From assembly GCA_050951545.1 (NCBI GenBank), contig JBMNJG010000009.1, forward strand, positions 68,762 to 132,761: a stretch of DNA of 64,000 nucleotides, in the 5' to 3' direction. Of the stretch, positions 41,135 through 51,396 are shown piece after piece. Under the pieces are notes generated by a model. It searched no databases, was not told the DNA's origin, and worked only from the letters and a program-made list of their open reading frames with translations. Position 1 is the stretch's first letter, and every line of letters starts with the position of its first letter. Both the position numbers and the translations under genes were made by a program. Origin of the DNA: Limnochordia bacterium (GTDB lineage Bacteria > Bacillota > Limnochordia > DTU080).

Positions 41135-42415
41135 CTAGTTTTGGAGCGCCCTAATTCTAGCAGCCGCATTGGCCATTTCGTTACCTATGGGCGCATGCTT
41201 GGAGAAGATGTTTGCGAGATGCTCTTTCATGATAGCATTCGCCTCAGGATAGGAGTCCCAGTAGCTCATGGTGCGGACGAGATTGCGGCCATAGAACGCC
41301 TTCATGACCCAGTCCCTTGCGTAGACGCTCCTATCTGGTCCTAGAATCTTGAAGAACTCGTTCCAGAGTTCGATATACGGCCCAGAGGGCTGGCATTTCA
41401 ACTCCTGGACAACCGCTTTCTGCCCTTCATAGCTGACCATCCACTCCGCCAGTCTCCAGGCAGCTTCGGGGTGGGGTGCAGCCGCAGGAATGGAGAACAT
41501 ATGTCCCTGCGCAAAGCTCAGTTGGCCGGCCGGGGCCTTCGGCATGAGAGCGAAAGCCCAGTCATGGTTAACCAGGTCAGCAACTGATGCTGCGTAGGTT
41601 AGCCAACCCATCCACATGGCGACGCCTCCCTGGTAGTAGTTGCCCTTGGGACTCCACGCTCCAGGCCAGCCCGGTGTCGCGTTGAGATTGTTCTGCAGAT
41701 CATCCCAAAAAGAAAGCATCTCCAAATTGCCGGGGCTGTCCACTAGTACCTCTTGGCGATCGTCACTGAGCCAATCGTTACCCGTCCAGATTTGGATCCA
41801 TTGCAGATTCTGCGTGTCACCCCTCGCTGGTTCATTCGTGGTAGCATACACTCGCTTGGTGGGGCTAGTCAGCTTGCGCGCCAGGATGCGCAGATCCTCA
41901 ACGGTCCAGTTCTCGCCAGGTGGAACCACACCCGACTCGGCCAGGTAGTCCAGATTCACATACCATATCTGGGAGTTGAAGTCGAAGGGAACACCGTACA
42001 GGCGGTTCTGAAACTTGCCCGCATCAGGCATGAACGGGTAAAGCCGCGCCTTTCTTACCACAGGGCTCTTCTCCCAAAGCGTTGTGACATCACGTAGTAG
42101 GCCTAGCTTGACATACTTGGGCTTGTACTGCGCCCAGGTCTGCATAAGATCTGGAGGCGCCCCCGCAGCCATTTGAGTCATGAGCTTCTCGTTGTACTCA
42201 CGGCCAGGGTAGATCTGTACTTCGACCTTGATGTCGGGGTTGGCCTGAGTGAATCGATCGGCCATGTTGCGCCAGTTCTGCATGGTCAGAGCGCCCATAT
42301 GGTAAGTAGCTAGGTGAATTGTGGTCTGACCACCACAGACAGCTGTGCTGAAAGAAGCTATGAGTATCAGTACCAAAGTGATATCCAGGGGCCCAATCCG
42401 TCTGATCTTCTTCAT
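41135..42415 (-). CDS. sugar ABC transporter solute-binding protein
   Basis: AAGAPPDLM, YGVPFD and AAWRLAEWM motifs; N-terminal signal peptide. Confidence 0.88.
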   Translation of the reverse strand: MKKIRRIGPLDITLVLILIASFSTAVCGGQTTIHLATYHMGALTMQNWRNMADRFTQANPDIKVEVQIYPGREYNEKLMTQMAAGAPPDLMQTWAQYKPKYVKLGLLRDVTTLWEKSPVVRKARLYPFMPDAGKFQNRLYGVPFDFNSQIWYVNLDYLAESGVVPPGENWTVEDLRILARKLTSPTKRVYATTNEPARGDTQNLQWIQIWTGNDWLSDDRQEVLVDSPGNLEMLSFWDDLQNNLNATPGWPGAWSPKGNYYQGGVAMWMGWLTYAASVADLVNHDWAFALMPKAPAGQLSFAQGHMFSIPAAAPHPEAAWRLAEWMVSYEGQKAVVQELKCQPSGPYIELWNEFFKILGPDRSVYARDWVMKAFYGRNLVRTMSYWDSYPEANAIMKEHLANIFSKHAPIGNEMANAAARIRALQN

Positions 42416-42466
42416 CTCGCTGTACAACTCCTTGAGGTAGTCCAGATTGCTCCACCTATGGTGGAG

Positions 42467-45328
42467 CTAATAACACTGCGGTGCTTCATGCTGCAGTGGT
42501 CTTGCCAACGATCCAAAGTAAGCATACTTAGTATCCAACTGATGGAGTACATCGACCAGAAGACGGGTCAATCGCTTTTCATCTCCCGCTCCAATGAAAA
42601 GGGTTTGGCCATCGTCGCGTAGCTCGATGACCCCGTTAGCGTCAGCACCTTCTAAGCTATCCGCGAGGATTACCCGAGGCCGATTGCTTGCGGGCTCCTG
42701 GGCCTCGCGCTTGATGCGGCCAAAGAAATCGTCCGTAAAGGCGATAAGGTGCCAAGAACTCGCTACGTCCCCGGAAAAAACCTGCGGAATCCACCACATG
42801 TCTCTCCCCAACTGCGCTCCCCCCGAGGCGAGGACCCCTTGGCAGTCACTGAGCCAGGCCTGGATGTAGTCCGCGAAATACTTCTGCAGCCGATACGCCG
42901 CATAGAGCTCTCCTTCTGATGGATTGCCAGGAAGCGTCACGACCGCTTGCGATCCAAGGGTAGGCGAAGCAAAGTCGAAGGCGAGCAGATCGGCCCGACT
43001 CACACGATAGACGTCCGAGCGATAGTGAATCTGGAGAACGTCACCATCAGCCACCTCATCCGCAAACGTGCTGACACCGTCCACAGTCTGCCCAGTCAAA
43101 GCGCACCCGTTCAGGTCGATGCGCACAAGCGAGTAGCCCTCCGGCGGCTCGATGGCAAAGGAGAGCCTTTGAGAAGACGTGAGATCAAAGACCACCCGCG
43201 TCGTAATGGAAGCGAGATCATCCTCCTGGCTCACAAGTGCCCCGACCGCACCCCTGGTTAGAGACTGGACGCCTAACGCTGCCCGGCCGACAAACGGCTG
43301 GCGCGAGGGAATGGCGACGTCTAGGCTAGTTGAGCGATCTGTCACCGTGTTATGAAGAGCTTCACCATCGAAGTGGGTGAAGAGGTAATCCATATCGCCC
43401 AAGTACGTGCCATCGACCGTCAAGGTCCCTTCGAACGGTGAGAGGGTGGCGTTGCCGGCGGCGACATAGCTTCGGCCACCGTGGCCGAAGCGGCTCAACC
43501 ACAGCCCCTCAGGTGCGCCCGCGATGGCTGGCACAGGCTGCCAACCCGCCTGAACCAATTCAACCAACATGGGCAGTGCCTGCCCAAGCGGTGGAACACC
43601 CCGCACGTACGCTGCCCCGGGGAGTGCCCCGAGCTCGATGCTCTTGAGAATGGCGTAGTCCACCATCCCCAAGAAAGCCTCACGCACTCCAGCAGGGCTC
43701 TGCTCCGTGTTGAGGGTCTCCTCAACGTCCCAGTTTTCCCACCATACAAGAGTCTTGTGTCCCAGCCTGGCCCGCAGATGCTCAGGGCGCGTGCCGTGTG
43801 CCCCCCAGGGCACGGCCTCAAACATCGCCGCATCCGAGCGGAAAATGGTCATGTATACTCCACTGGCCGAAGGGTTGCTGACCACTGTCATAGGGCGGTC
43901 GCCTTTCTTGAGTGTGCCCGCGTAGTCCATCAGCAAGGCGATGGCCACGCCTTCCTCAACGAAAGACGCCCTGGTCGTCAAAGGCCCGCCCCGGCGCCTC
44001 CATCACGCCTTGCGTGTTGTGGGCGTGCACCCGCACCCCGCCGTTCGCGACATCGAAGGCGAAACCCTGTATGTTAAGCTCTTCCACCACCCGTCTCATG
44101 TCGTCCCGGAACACCTCAGCATAGGCGTTGCCGAACGGGAAGACCCGGTACTCGTTGTCATGACCAGTGACCCAAGGCCCAGTCATCGCGGTCGTGACGC
44201 CTGTCTCACGCACGCGCGACTCGGATACACCTCATCGGCTAGTTGATTCTCGACCCAGATACCCGCCGGGACATAGAACAGCATGGCCACGTCACAGTTG
44301 ACCCCACGCAAGAAGGCCTCCTTGCGCCACTGGTGGTACTCTTCGTAGGCGAGACCTCGAGGCCTGCCAAATGGCCTGGCAGGCGTATACTCCCAGAACT
44401 CCCGGTGCCCGTAGATATCGCCTGTGCGGCGAAAAGGCGCATACGCCCACTCCCACCCCGAGTAAGACCGGCGACACATCTCAGGGTTGTTTACAGACCA
44501 AGCTCTGTACTGCGCACCAGTTAGCGAGACCCGCGGATCCGCTCCGGGCCGGGACGAGAAAGCATCTGGAAACGCGTCAACGTACCGTTGCAGCACGCCA
44601 AAATGCCCATAATTGCCCTCAAAAGCGGTTACGACAAACTCTACCTGTTCGCTCGTCCCTGGATCAACGACAATTCGGGTGGCGTACTCAAAACAGGCGT
44701 CGCGGCCGTCGTCTGAAGTGACGGACGAGCGTAGGTATGATAGCAACTGCATGGGCTCGATGCCAAGAGCAACGCCAGCCTGTGGCGTGTACACAGCAGC
44801 CGCAGGAAAGACACCGGGCAAGGTATCGCGCATGTGTGCCAGAGCAGGCGCCCCTGAGACGGTGTTAAGCCCATCCCAGAACTCCCAGTCCGCTCCCATG
44901 GCAAGATCCAGATTCACCCCTGCTTCAAGCCACCGCTGCTCTTCGCCTCGGTTGTCGAATGTGAGGATAAGCGACAGATGCGCAGAGTGTGAAGTCAGGC
45001 GGGCACCCACATGAAGGTCCTTGGGCAAAACCCATTCTGACACCAAGGCGCCTTCGTCCACCCAATATGTAGCGTCGGCCAGCGCGAGGTCCTGATGCGC
45101 TCGGCCATCGCGAAGCACGAGGTGACCCACCGCCTCTGCGAAATCGGAGGGAAGGCTCCGCAGCGTAAGTTCCCCCAGTCGTCCCCTGGCCAACGCCTCA
45201 GGTCGCAGCTCAATTGCCAAGTCCTCTGTGGTCAAGACCTGCCCTGAGCATACCGAGCTTGCTAGACCAGCAATCACAACAGAAAGGAGCACCTGCACGG
45301 CCAGGGCAGCAGTCTTCCTATATCGCAC
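42467..45328 (-). CDS. large secreted protein of unknown function (about 950 aa, split by two frameshifts)
   Basis: GTG at 45328 after GAGGAGG with signal peptide; overlapping ORFs 44183..45358, 43956..44213 and 42467..43981 read as one protein; IQGFAFDVA resembles a GH TIM-barrel strand. Confidence 0.65.
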
Positions 45329-45361
45329 CGTAATTTCCTCCTCGTCGAGCGATGCCAACCG

Positions 45362-46240
45362 CTATTGCGGATACCGCTCTTTACGCGCACGCCCCTCGGC
45401 GTCCGTGACAACGATGGTGTAGTACTCTGCGTCGGCAGCGACCCGCAATCTATGGGTCCATGATCTCGTTCCTACGGTGAGAACACCCGTGTCGTACACC
45501 GACTGGCCGCCGTCATCGAGTACCTCGATCCGCTGAATATCGTTGGCCTGGTCATCGGCGGTCACTTCGACGGACAACTCGACCCATGGAACGCCGAAGT
45601 ATGCTCGGTCGAACCACACCTCACCGGGTGCTGATCCAAAGAAGTATAGGCCGAGACTGACGTTGGCCTGAGTCGCGTCTGCGGAGTTCTGAAAAAAGAG
45701 CCGCTGTCGCTGCCAATTCGGACCAACCAAGCCTTTGAGGAGCTCCGCCTTAACAAATACGGGGTAAAGAGGGTGGTCCGCCGCCGCGGAGAGGTACAGT
45801 CTCCGATCGTTGTAGACTTGTTTGGGCGGACTCACACGGCCATCATAGCCGATGACGTACATCAGGACCCTTCCTCCACCCATCTTGACCCACGCGCTCA
45901 AGAGTAGGCTCTCGTTCGGTTCAACGGCAACGGCTCTTTGAGCCCAGTATCCGGACATCTCGCCGCTGGTGGCCTTGACAGAGACACTTTTCTGCCCATG
46001 GAGAGCCTCCTCGCTCCATTGGGCGCTCAAGAGATCAGGTCGCGCTGTGCTAAAGCCCCAGTTGAACGGCCCCGAGACGCCTTGCTCAAAATCCGAGTTG
46101 GCTAGGCGGTTGGTAGTGCCAAGCTTGGGCACCGAGGTCACGTCAATCTGCATTGCCAACGCCGCCCCGGATAGGCAGACGACCGCGATGAGCCCCGTAG
46201 CATATCCCCAGGCGCCTGCCAGAATCCTGCGCATCTGCAT
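45362..46240 (-). CDS. secreted protein with CBM4/9-like domain
   Basis: Signal peptide; NRLANSDFEQG, LSAWVK and GEVWFD motifs. Confidence 0.7.
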   Translation of the reverse strand: MQMRRILAGAWGYATGLIAVVCLSGAALAMQIDVTSVPKLGTTNRLANSDFEQGVSGPFNWGFSTARPDLLSAQWSEEALHGQKSVSVKATSGEMSGYWAQRAVAVEPNESLLLSAWVKMGGGRVLMYVIGYDGRVSPPKQVYNDRRLYLSAAADHPLYPVFVKAELLKGLVGPNWQRQRLFFQNSADATQANVSLGLYFFGSAPGEVWFDRAYFGVPWVELSVEVTADDQANDIQRIEVLDDGGQSVYDTGVLTVGTRSWTHRLRVAADAEYYTIVVTDAEGRARKERYPQ

Positions 46241-46471
46241 ACCCATCACCCCAATCAATAATGCTACATTTCACTGCAAAGCAACTTTATGAAAATCAGA
46301 AGCGGCTCTCTCAGAATCACGGTAGCTCTTCACCGCGTCCATCTTTTTCCCTTTGTCTTTTTCGCCAACTTCACGAACTTCACGACGCCCTGAACAAGGA
46401 CAATGCCACCAGAATTCGAACTGACTACATATCATCGAATGGGAAGCTCCACGCCGAAAGGAAGGCTGTAC

Positions 46472-47500
46472 ATGTGCAATCTCGCTGGCTATGTTGGTCG
46501 TGAGGCCGCTGCTCCGATTCTTTTGGAGATGACTGCTCGTCAGGAAGGGTTCGCTGGTGGCTACTACACTGGTATCGCCACCATTGCCGATGGCCAGCTC
46601 CATTACGAGAAGGTCATCGGTGATGTGGCTACTTTGGTACGGGAGACAGACGCCAAGAACCTGCCTGGTAACGTGGGTATCGTCCATAGCCGCAGCAAAA
46701 GTGGCGGTGACGTCGAGTGGGGACACCCCTTCATCGATTGTTCTGGCCGCATGGCGTATGTGGCCAATGGTATTGTCGGCTTTTTTAGTGGGCAACGTGA
46801 CCGTAACGCCATAGCGCAACGTTTGGCTGATGCAGGGCACACCTTTCGCTCGCGGGTTAGCGGCCCCATTGGTACCTACCCGACCCTCCGCGATGGCTCT
46901 TGCGTGCATTTCAGCGAAGTGATGTGTTGCCTTATCGAGTCATGTGTAGCAGAGGGTCTGCCTCCGAAGAAGGCCATACAGAAAGCCTTTCAGCAGTACC
47001 CTGCCGAGATTGTCGGGCTGATGGTACACGCAGACGCCCCGAACTGTGTGATAGCCTCTCGCATCAACCAACCCCTGATGATGGGCCGGAAAGACGGTGC
47101 CAGCTATGTGGCTACTACAGCTATGGCCTTCCCCGATGGCATGCAGTGGGTGACGCAGATGCCCATCAACGCCTCTGCAGTCATCGAGCATGAGGGCTTT
47201 CACATCTTGCCCATGGAGCCATTGGCAGGACCCGTAAGCGCCACCTTCCCCTGGAAAGCAGGTTACGAGCGCGTCCTTGCTTTGCTTGCGGATGGAGAGG
47301 CGAGAGGCCTAGGCGCCTGCATCAATGCCACCGCCTCCCTGTGGCCCGAGGATGCGGCTCCGCAGGCCGACATGATGGCCTACGAGATTCTGCGCGATCT
47401 CCATCGCCAAGGGCTCATTGGCTTCCGCACTGTAGAGATGCCCGGTGTTCTTCCCAATACTACCAGGGCACAGAAGCGAGCCTACCTAATCACTCAGTAA
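46472..47500 (+). CDS. class II (Ntn) glutamine amidotransferase-like protein with extra C-terminal domain
   Basis: ATG at 46472 places Cys at position 2 (MCNLAG); GIVHSR, GHPF and ANG motifs. Confidence 0.8.
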   Translation: MCNLAGYVGREAAAPILLEMTARQEGFAGGYYTGIATIADGQLHYEKVIGDVATLVRETDAKNLPGNVGIVHSRSKSGGDVEWGHPFIDCSGRMAYVANGIVGFFSGQRDRNAIAQRLADAGHTFRSRVSGPIGTYPTLRDGSCVHFSEVMCCLIESCVAEGLPPKKAIQKAFQQYPAEIVGLMVHADAPNCVIASRINQPLMMGRKDGASYVATTAMAFPDGMQWVTQMPINASAVIEHEGFHILPMEPLAGPVSATFPWKAGYERVLALLADGEARGLGACINATASLWPEDAAPQADMMAYEILRDLHRQGLIGFRTVEMPGVLPNTTRAQKRAYLITQ

Positions 47501-47593
47501 CGGAGTCGAACTAGCATCTGTGGACGATACTGGAACGCATGTTCAGGCTGTGAAAAGGCCATCGCACGGCGGTGGCCTCCACTAGGCTGTACC

Positions 47594-48742
47594 CTAACCT
47601 ACTCCTTCTCGGCGCTCCCACCCCTGGCGAAACAACGGGATGTAATGCCCTAGTTCGTAGGGATGCTTGGCGATCTCCTCGTGGTTAAGCTCAGCGCCGA
47701 TCCCAGGTCCGGTAGGAAGCTGTACGTGACCATCCTTCACGACCGCGTGTCGTGTAAGAAGATCCTTCTCCCAGGGGACATTGAAGTCGTCAAAGATCTC
47801 ATGAAGGAAGAAATTGGGCGTGGCCGCATTTAGATGAGCACACACCAAGGAACACACGGGGCCTTGCGCACTATGCGGCGCAGTGACACCATTGTGCGCG
47901 TGCACCATGCCGCAAATCTGCTTCGCAGCGGCTAACCCTAGAAACTGTGGCTCAAGCTGGATGATGTGCACCGCGTCATGTTGTAGAAGCTCGGCGAACT
48001 GTTCACGGCAATAGTAGTCTTCGCCACAGGCGATGGGAACGGGGCTACGCTTGGCTACCTCCACGATCGAGCTGATACGTTGCGGCGGCACCGGCGTCTC
48101 AAACCAGGTCGGCTTGTACGGTGCCATGGCTTCTGCGAACTGTAATGCCGTATGCACGCTAAAGCGGTTATGTCCTTCCACCAGGATATCCACATGCGGC
48201 CCCACAGCCTCTCGCACCGCAGCGATGATCTCAATGGCTAACCCGAAGTCACGGGGATCGGTTACGCGCCAGGCGGAACCGAAAGGATCGAATTTCAGTG
48301 CTGTGTAGCCACGGCCCACCACTTCTTCTGCTTTCTCGTAAAAGCTCTCTGGCTGACGCGGCCCTCGATACCAGCCATTTGCATAGGCGCGCAAACGATC
48401 GTGACAACGACCGCCCAGGAGATTATAGAGCGGCTGTCCTGTCGCCTTGCCCATAATGTCCCAGCAAGCGACTTCAATAGCTGAGAGCGCAGCTCCCTGT
48501 ACCTGACCGCCATTCGAGTAGACATCGCGGGAGAGGCGCAATGCAATGGCCTCAACCTGGAACGGGTCCATGCCAATTACCAAATGCCCCAACTCATGAA
48601 TCGCTGTCTCTACGGTGCGGGCCAAGCCGTTAAGTGTTCCTTCACCCAAACCAGTGATTCCTTCGTCCGTTGTTACCTCAGCAAACACCCAGTTTTTCCA
48701 GGGGTTACCGGCAATACAGGTTCGGACATCGGTAATATGCAT
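47594..48742 (-). CDS. galactonate dehydratase-like enolase superfamily enzyme
   Basis: AIEVACWDIMGK, RAYANGW, ALKFDPFG and PTGPGIG motifs; ATG at 48742 after GGGAGG. Confidence 0.85.
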   Translation of the reverse strand: MHITDVRTCIAGNPWKNWVFAEVTTDEGITGLGEGTLNGLARTVETAIHELGHLVIGMDPFQVEAIALRLSRDVYSNGGQVQGAALSAIEVACWDIMGKATGQPLYNLLGGRCHDRLRAYANGWYRGPRQPESFYEKAEEVVGRGYTALKFDPFGSAWRVTDPRDFGLAIEIIAAVREAVGPHVDILVEGHNRFSVHTALQFAEAMAPYKPTWFETPVPPQRISSIVEVAKRSPVPIACGEDYYCREQFAELLQHDAVHIIQLEPQFLGLAAAKQICGMVHAHNGVTAPHSAQGPVCSLVCAHLNAATPNFFLHEIFDDFNVPWEKDLLTRHAVVKDGHVQLPTGPGIGAELNHEEIAKHPYELGHYIPLFRQGWERREGVG

Positions 48743-48977
48743 CCCTTGCCTCCCTACGTAAACGAATCGTTCGGGATGCAACGGCTTTCTACACAAGTTT
48801 GGCCCCTCCTGCCATGCGAACCAAGTATCACAATAGGGCGAAGGTGTACGCGCCACCACCCCTTTGACCATCTCGGCCATTGGTCGTGGTTCAGGCTTTT
48901 CTGACATAGCGTCGCCCGGGCGATCCGTGGGTATCTTGAGTCCAACTGATCATGCCAAGCGAGCAGTCACGAACCGT

Positions 48978-49305
48978 CTACTCCTTAGCCAGCTCGCTCA
49001 GCCTGGCATTGGCGAGCTGCTGCATTGCCTCAATAGCTGAACCGATGGGTGTGGTACCCCACACGGCAGCCAGGGTCTGCCTTTCAATGATGCCAAACAG
49101 GTTGGTTTCTAGAGTCCCAGGGTAGCCCGCCCAATCCAGTTCATCAAAGAGTACTGCTCTGTTGGCAGGCGTTTCACTGAGCCTTACCCAGTACTGCGCG
49201 TAACGGCGGTCAGGCGGCACTACGCCCAGCAACTCTACCATGGCACTCATGCCCACTTCACTCTTCATGAAGTTAATCACCCGCCAGGTCGCCTCTTTAT
49301 CCCTA
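48978..49305 (-). pseudogene. C-terminal fragment of a sugar solute-binding protein
   Basis: KEATWRVINFM...AMQQLANARLSE resembles the C-termini of neighbouring SBPs; no N-terminal part present. Confidence 0.65.
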
Positions 49306-49732
49306 TGATACCCGCCAACCTGGCCTCTGGGCTCAGCTCCAAGGCCATGCGAGCTCGGCTAACCGCCTGTTCGTACAGATCGAAATCATTGCTGCCCGTA
49401 TATCCCTTCTGCCACTGTGAAATGCCCGTTCCGCCCCGAGCATTGGACACGATGCCCACACGCCTGCCTGTCACTTCTGTCAGCTTACGAGCGAAGGTAT
49501 AGCCGGGAACTAGCCGCGAGGTGGGATCACCAGCGATTACTGTGGAGCACCTGTTTACTGGGTTGCACAAAGGCTCCCATTCACGACCCGTAAACAAGAA
49601 CGCATCCTCTACAACGGTCGTATCCAGCTCTTCGATGGAAGCTCTCCCTGCCATATTCGACTGGCCGATCAAAAGGAATATATCCTGGGGACCGTGTTGT
49701 TCATCCGGCGAGACCCCCGGTGACATAGACAT
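49277..49732 (-). pseudogene. truncated sialate O-acetylesterase (SASA/CE6-like SGNH esterase)
   Basis: IFLLIGQSNMAGR and NARGGT present; sequence breaks after LAGII, where WHQGE and the DxxH motif would be expected. Confidence 0.75.
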
Positions 49733-49843
49733 CCGGTTGGTATCCTCCTTCAGAAAAACCGTTTCTGCGTTGCGTCATTAGGTATGGGTGATCCGCTTTT
49801 CTTCGCTCCCGGAGTGGTGACCTCCTTATCCAACTGCCGCAAA

Positions 49844-49886
49844 AGGTCCCCCACGGCACATGTCGAATACGTGAAAACGTTATCGA
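49844..49886 (+). promoter_or_regulatory. SigH-like promoter and LacI-type operator upstream of SBP
   Basis: AGGT-N17-GAAT (49844-49868) followed by GTGAAAACGTTATCGA, a LacI/cre-like CG-centred site. Confidence 0.45.
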
Positions 49887-49989
49887 CGATCACACTGAGT
49901 ACTTGTGGAATACAAAAAGCCATTGTGCTGGCCGAATACTCCGTCGGTGCACAAACAAGCATACAAGTGAATAGAGGAGGGGACGAACT

Positions 49990-51306
49990 GTGTTGATCAA
50001 AGGTCAGCGAACCGCACACAAGCGAGCCATGCTCTTGCTGCTCTTGGGGCTAGGCATCGCCACACAAAGCACATCGGTATGCGCCGTACAGATTGAGCAC
50101 TTGGCCTATAGCGGTCATGGGGAACCGCACATTGAGTATCTCAAGGAACGCGCACAGGCGTTTCGGGCCAAGACAGGCATAGAGGTGGAGATCAACGTCG
50201 CAGCATCCGACCCTGCACAACAGATTCTGATCAGGGCCATAGCAGGGACCCCTCCTGACGCCATGGATGTGTATCCCTCTGCTGCCGGGGGACTCATGGC
50301 CAACGGCGTGTTTGAAGACCTCACTCCATGGTTCATGAAGGACCCCACATACCGAATAAGTGATCTGGTACCACCCTCGCTCGATCTGTGGCGAGGTGCG
50401 AAAGGTGAGATCTTTGCCATCCCGCCGGATGTGGTCGGCGTGGCAGTGGCCTACGCCGCGCCGCGTTTCCACGAGGCGGGACTGCAGACACCCAGGACCA
50501 TGGGCCGAGAATGGACCTGGGAGACGGTGCTGAAGATCACGCCCATGCTCGTCAGCGACACCGATGGCGATGGCAGGTATGACCGTTTTGGGGTATGTAG
50601 CCAGTTCACAGACCTATTGGGAGCCGTGTTGCCGATGCAACAGGCGGGCACCCACTTCTTCGATAAGCCCGTGAATCCCACCAAAGCTCACTTCAACACA
50701 CCGGAGATGCTAGAGAGCCTCAAGTATATGCGTGAAGTGTGGCGCCTACAGGGAAACTCCGATGGCCCTGCTATTTGGAACGGCAAGACTGCATTGGATC
50801 TCTACTTCCAGGCTGGCTTCATCGGCTACATGGTGAAACCGGGCGTGGATATTGAGTGGGAAATGGTGCATCAGCCGATAGGGCCTGCTGACTCCTCCAC
50901 ATGGATCGGCAATATGGGCTATGAGATTGGCGCGGGCAGCAATCACAAAGAGGCCGCCTGGCAGTGGGTGACATTTATCGCGCTCGATCGAGAATCCATG
51001 AACAAGCGGGTACGAGCCACCGGACGGATCCCCTCATACCTACCCTATCTCCGAGGCTTCAACTACGCTAGGATCTTCGGCCAGAATGTACCCTCGTCGA
51101 TCAACGTTTTTGTCGAACAGCTGCAAGACACTGCTGGCTTTCGTGTGCTTCCATATCCTGTATCACCAGCCTTCCATCCGATTCGCCGTGCCTGGAATCC
51201 CGTTGCTCAGCGATTCTTGAGGGGCGAACTGGCTGCAGAAGCGCTGGTTGAAGAGATGCAGAAGATCGCTGAAGTCAATATCCAAGATCTGGTTATCGCG
51301 CCTTAA
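49990..51306 (+). CDS. sugar ABC transporter solute-binding protein
   Basis: GAGGAGG RBS; AGTPPDAM, DTDGDGRYDRFG and AAWQWVTF motifs. Confidence 0.87.
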   Translation: MLIKGQRTAHKRAMLLLLLGLGIATQSTSVCAVQIEHLAYSGHGEPHIEYLKERAQAFRAKTGIEVEINVAASDPAQQILIRAIAGTPPDAMDVYPSAAGGLMANGVFEDLTPWFMKDPTYRISDLVPPSLDLWRGAKGEIFAIPPDVVGVAVAYAAPRFHEAGLQTPRTMGREWTWETVLKITPMLVSDTDGDGRYDRFGVCSQFTDLLGAVLPMQQAGTHFFDKPVNPTKAHFNTPEMLESLKYMREVWRLQGNSDGPAIWNGKTALDLYFQAGFIGYMVKPGVDIEWEMVHQPIGPADSSTWIGNMGYEIGAGSNHKEAAWQWVTFIALDRESMNKRVRATGRIPSYLPYLRGFNYARIFGQNVPSSINVFVEQLQDTAGFRVLPYPVSPAFHPIRRAWNPVAQRFLRGELAAEALVEEMQKIAEVNIQDLVIAP

Positions 51307-51323
51307 AGCGTGGCGTTGCCGAA

Positions 51324-51370
51324 GTAAGTGCGAGGGGAGAGCCGCTATCTGGCCCTCCCCTCGCACTTAC
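51324..51370. terminator. bidirectional terminator
   Basis: 16-bp perfect inverted repeat GTAAGTGCGAGGGGAG/CTCCCCTCGCACTTAC between convergent genes. Confidence 0.75.
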
Positions 51371-51396
51371 ACGCATCTTTCGCCTATACCAGGCCG

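Noticed and set aside
47546-47559. GGCTGTGAAAAGGC identical to 7715-7728, and GGCGCCCGGACATGGC at 3423-3438 resembling the repeat start, as dispersed copies of the element
   Set aside because: The matches are only 14-16 bp and do not extend. Such matches are expected by chance in 64 kb, although both are intergenic and worth rechecking genome-wide.
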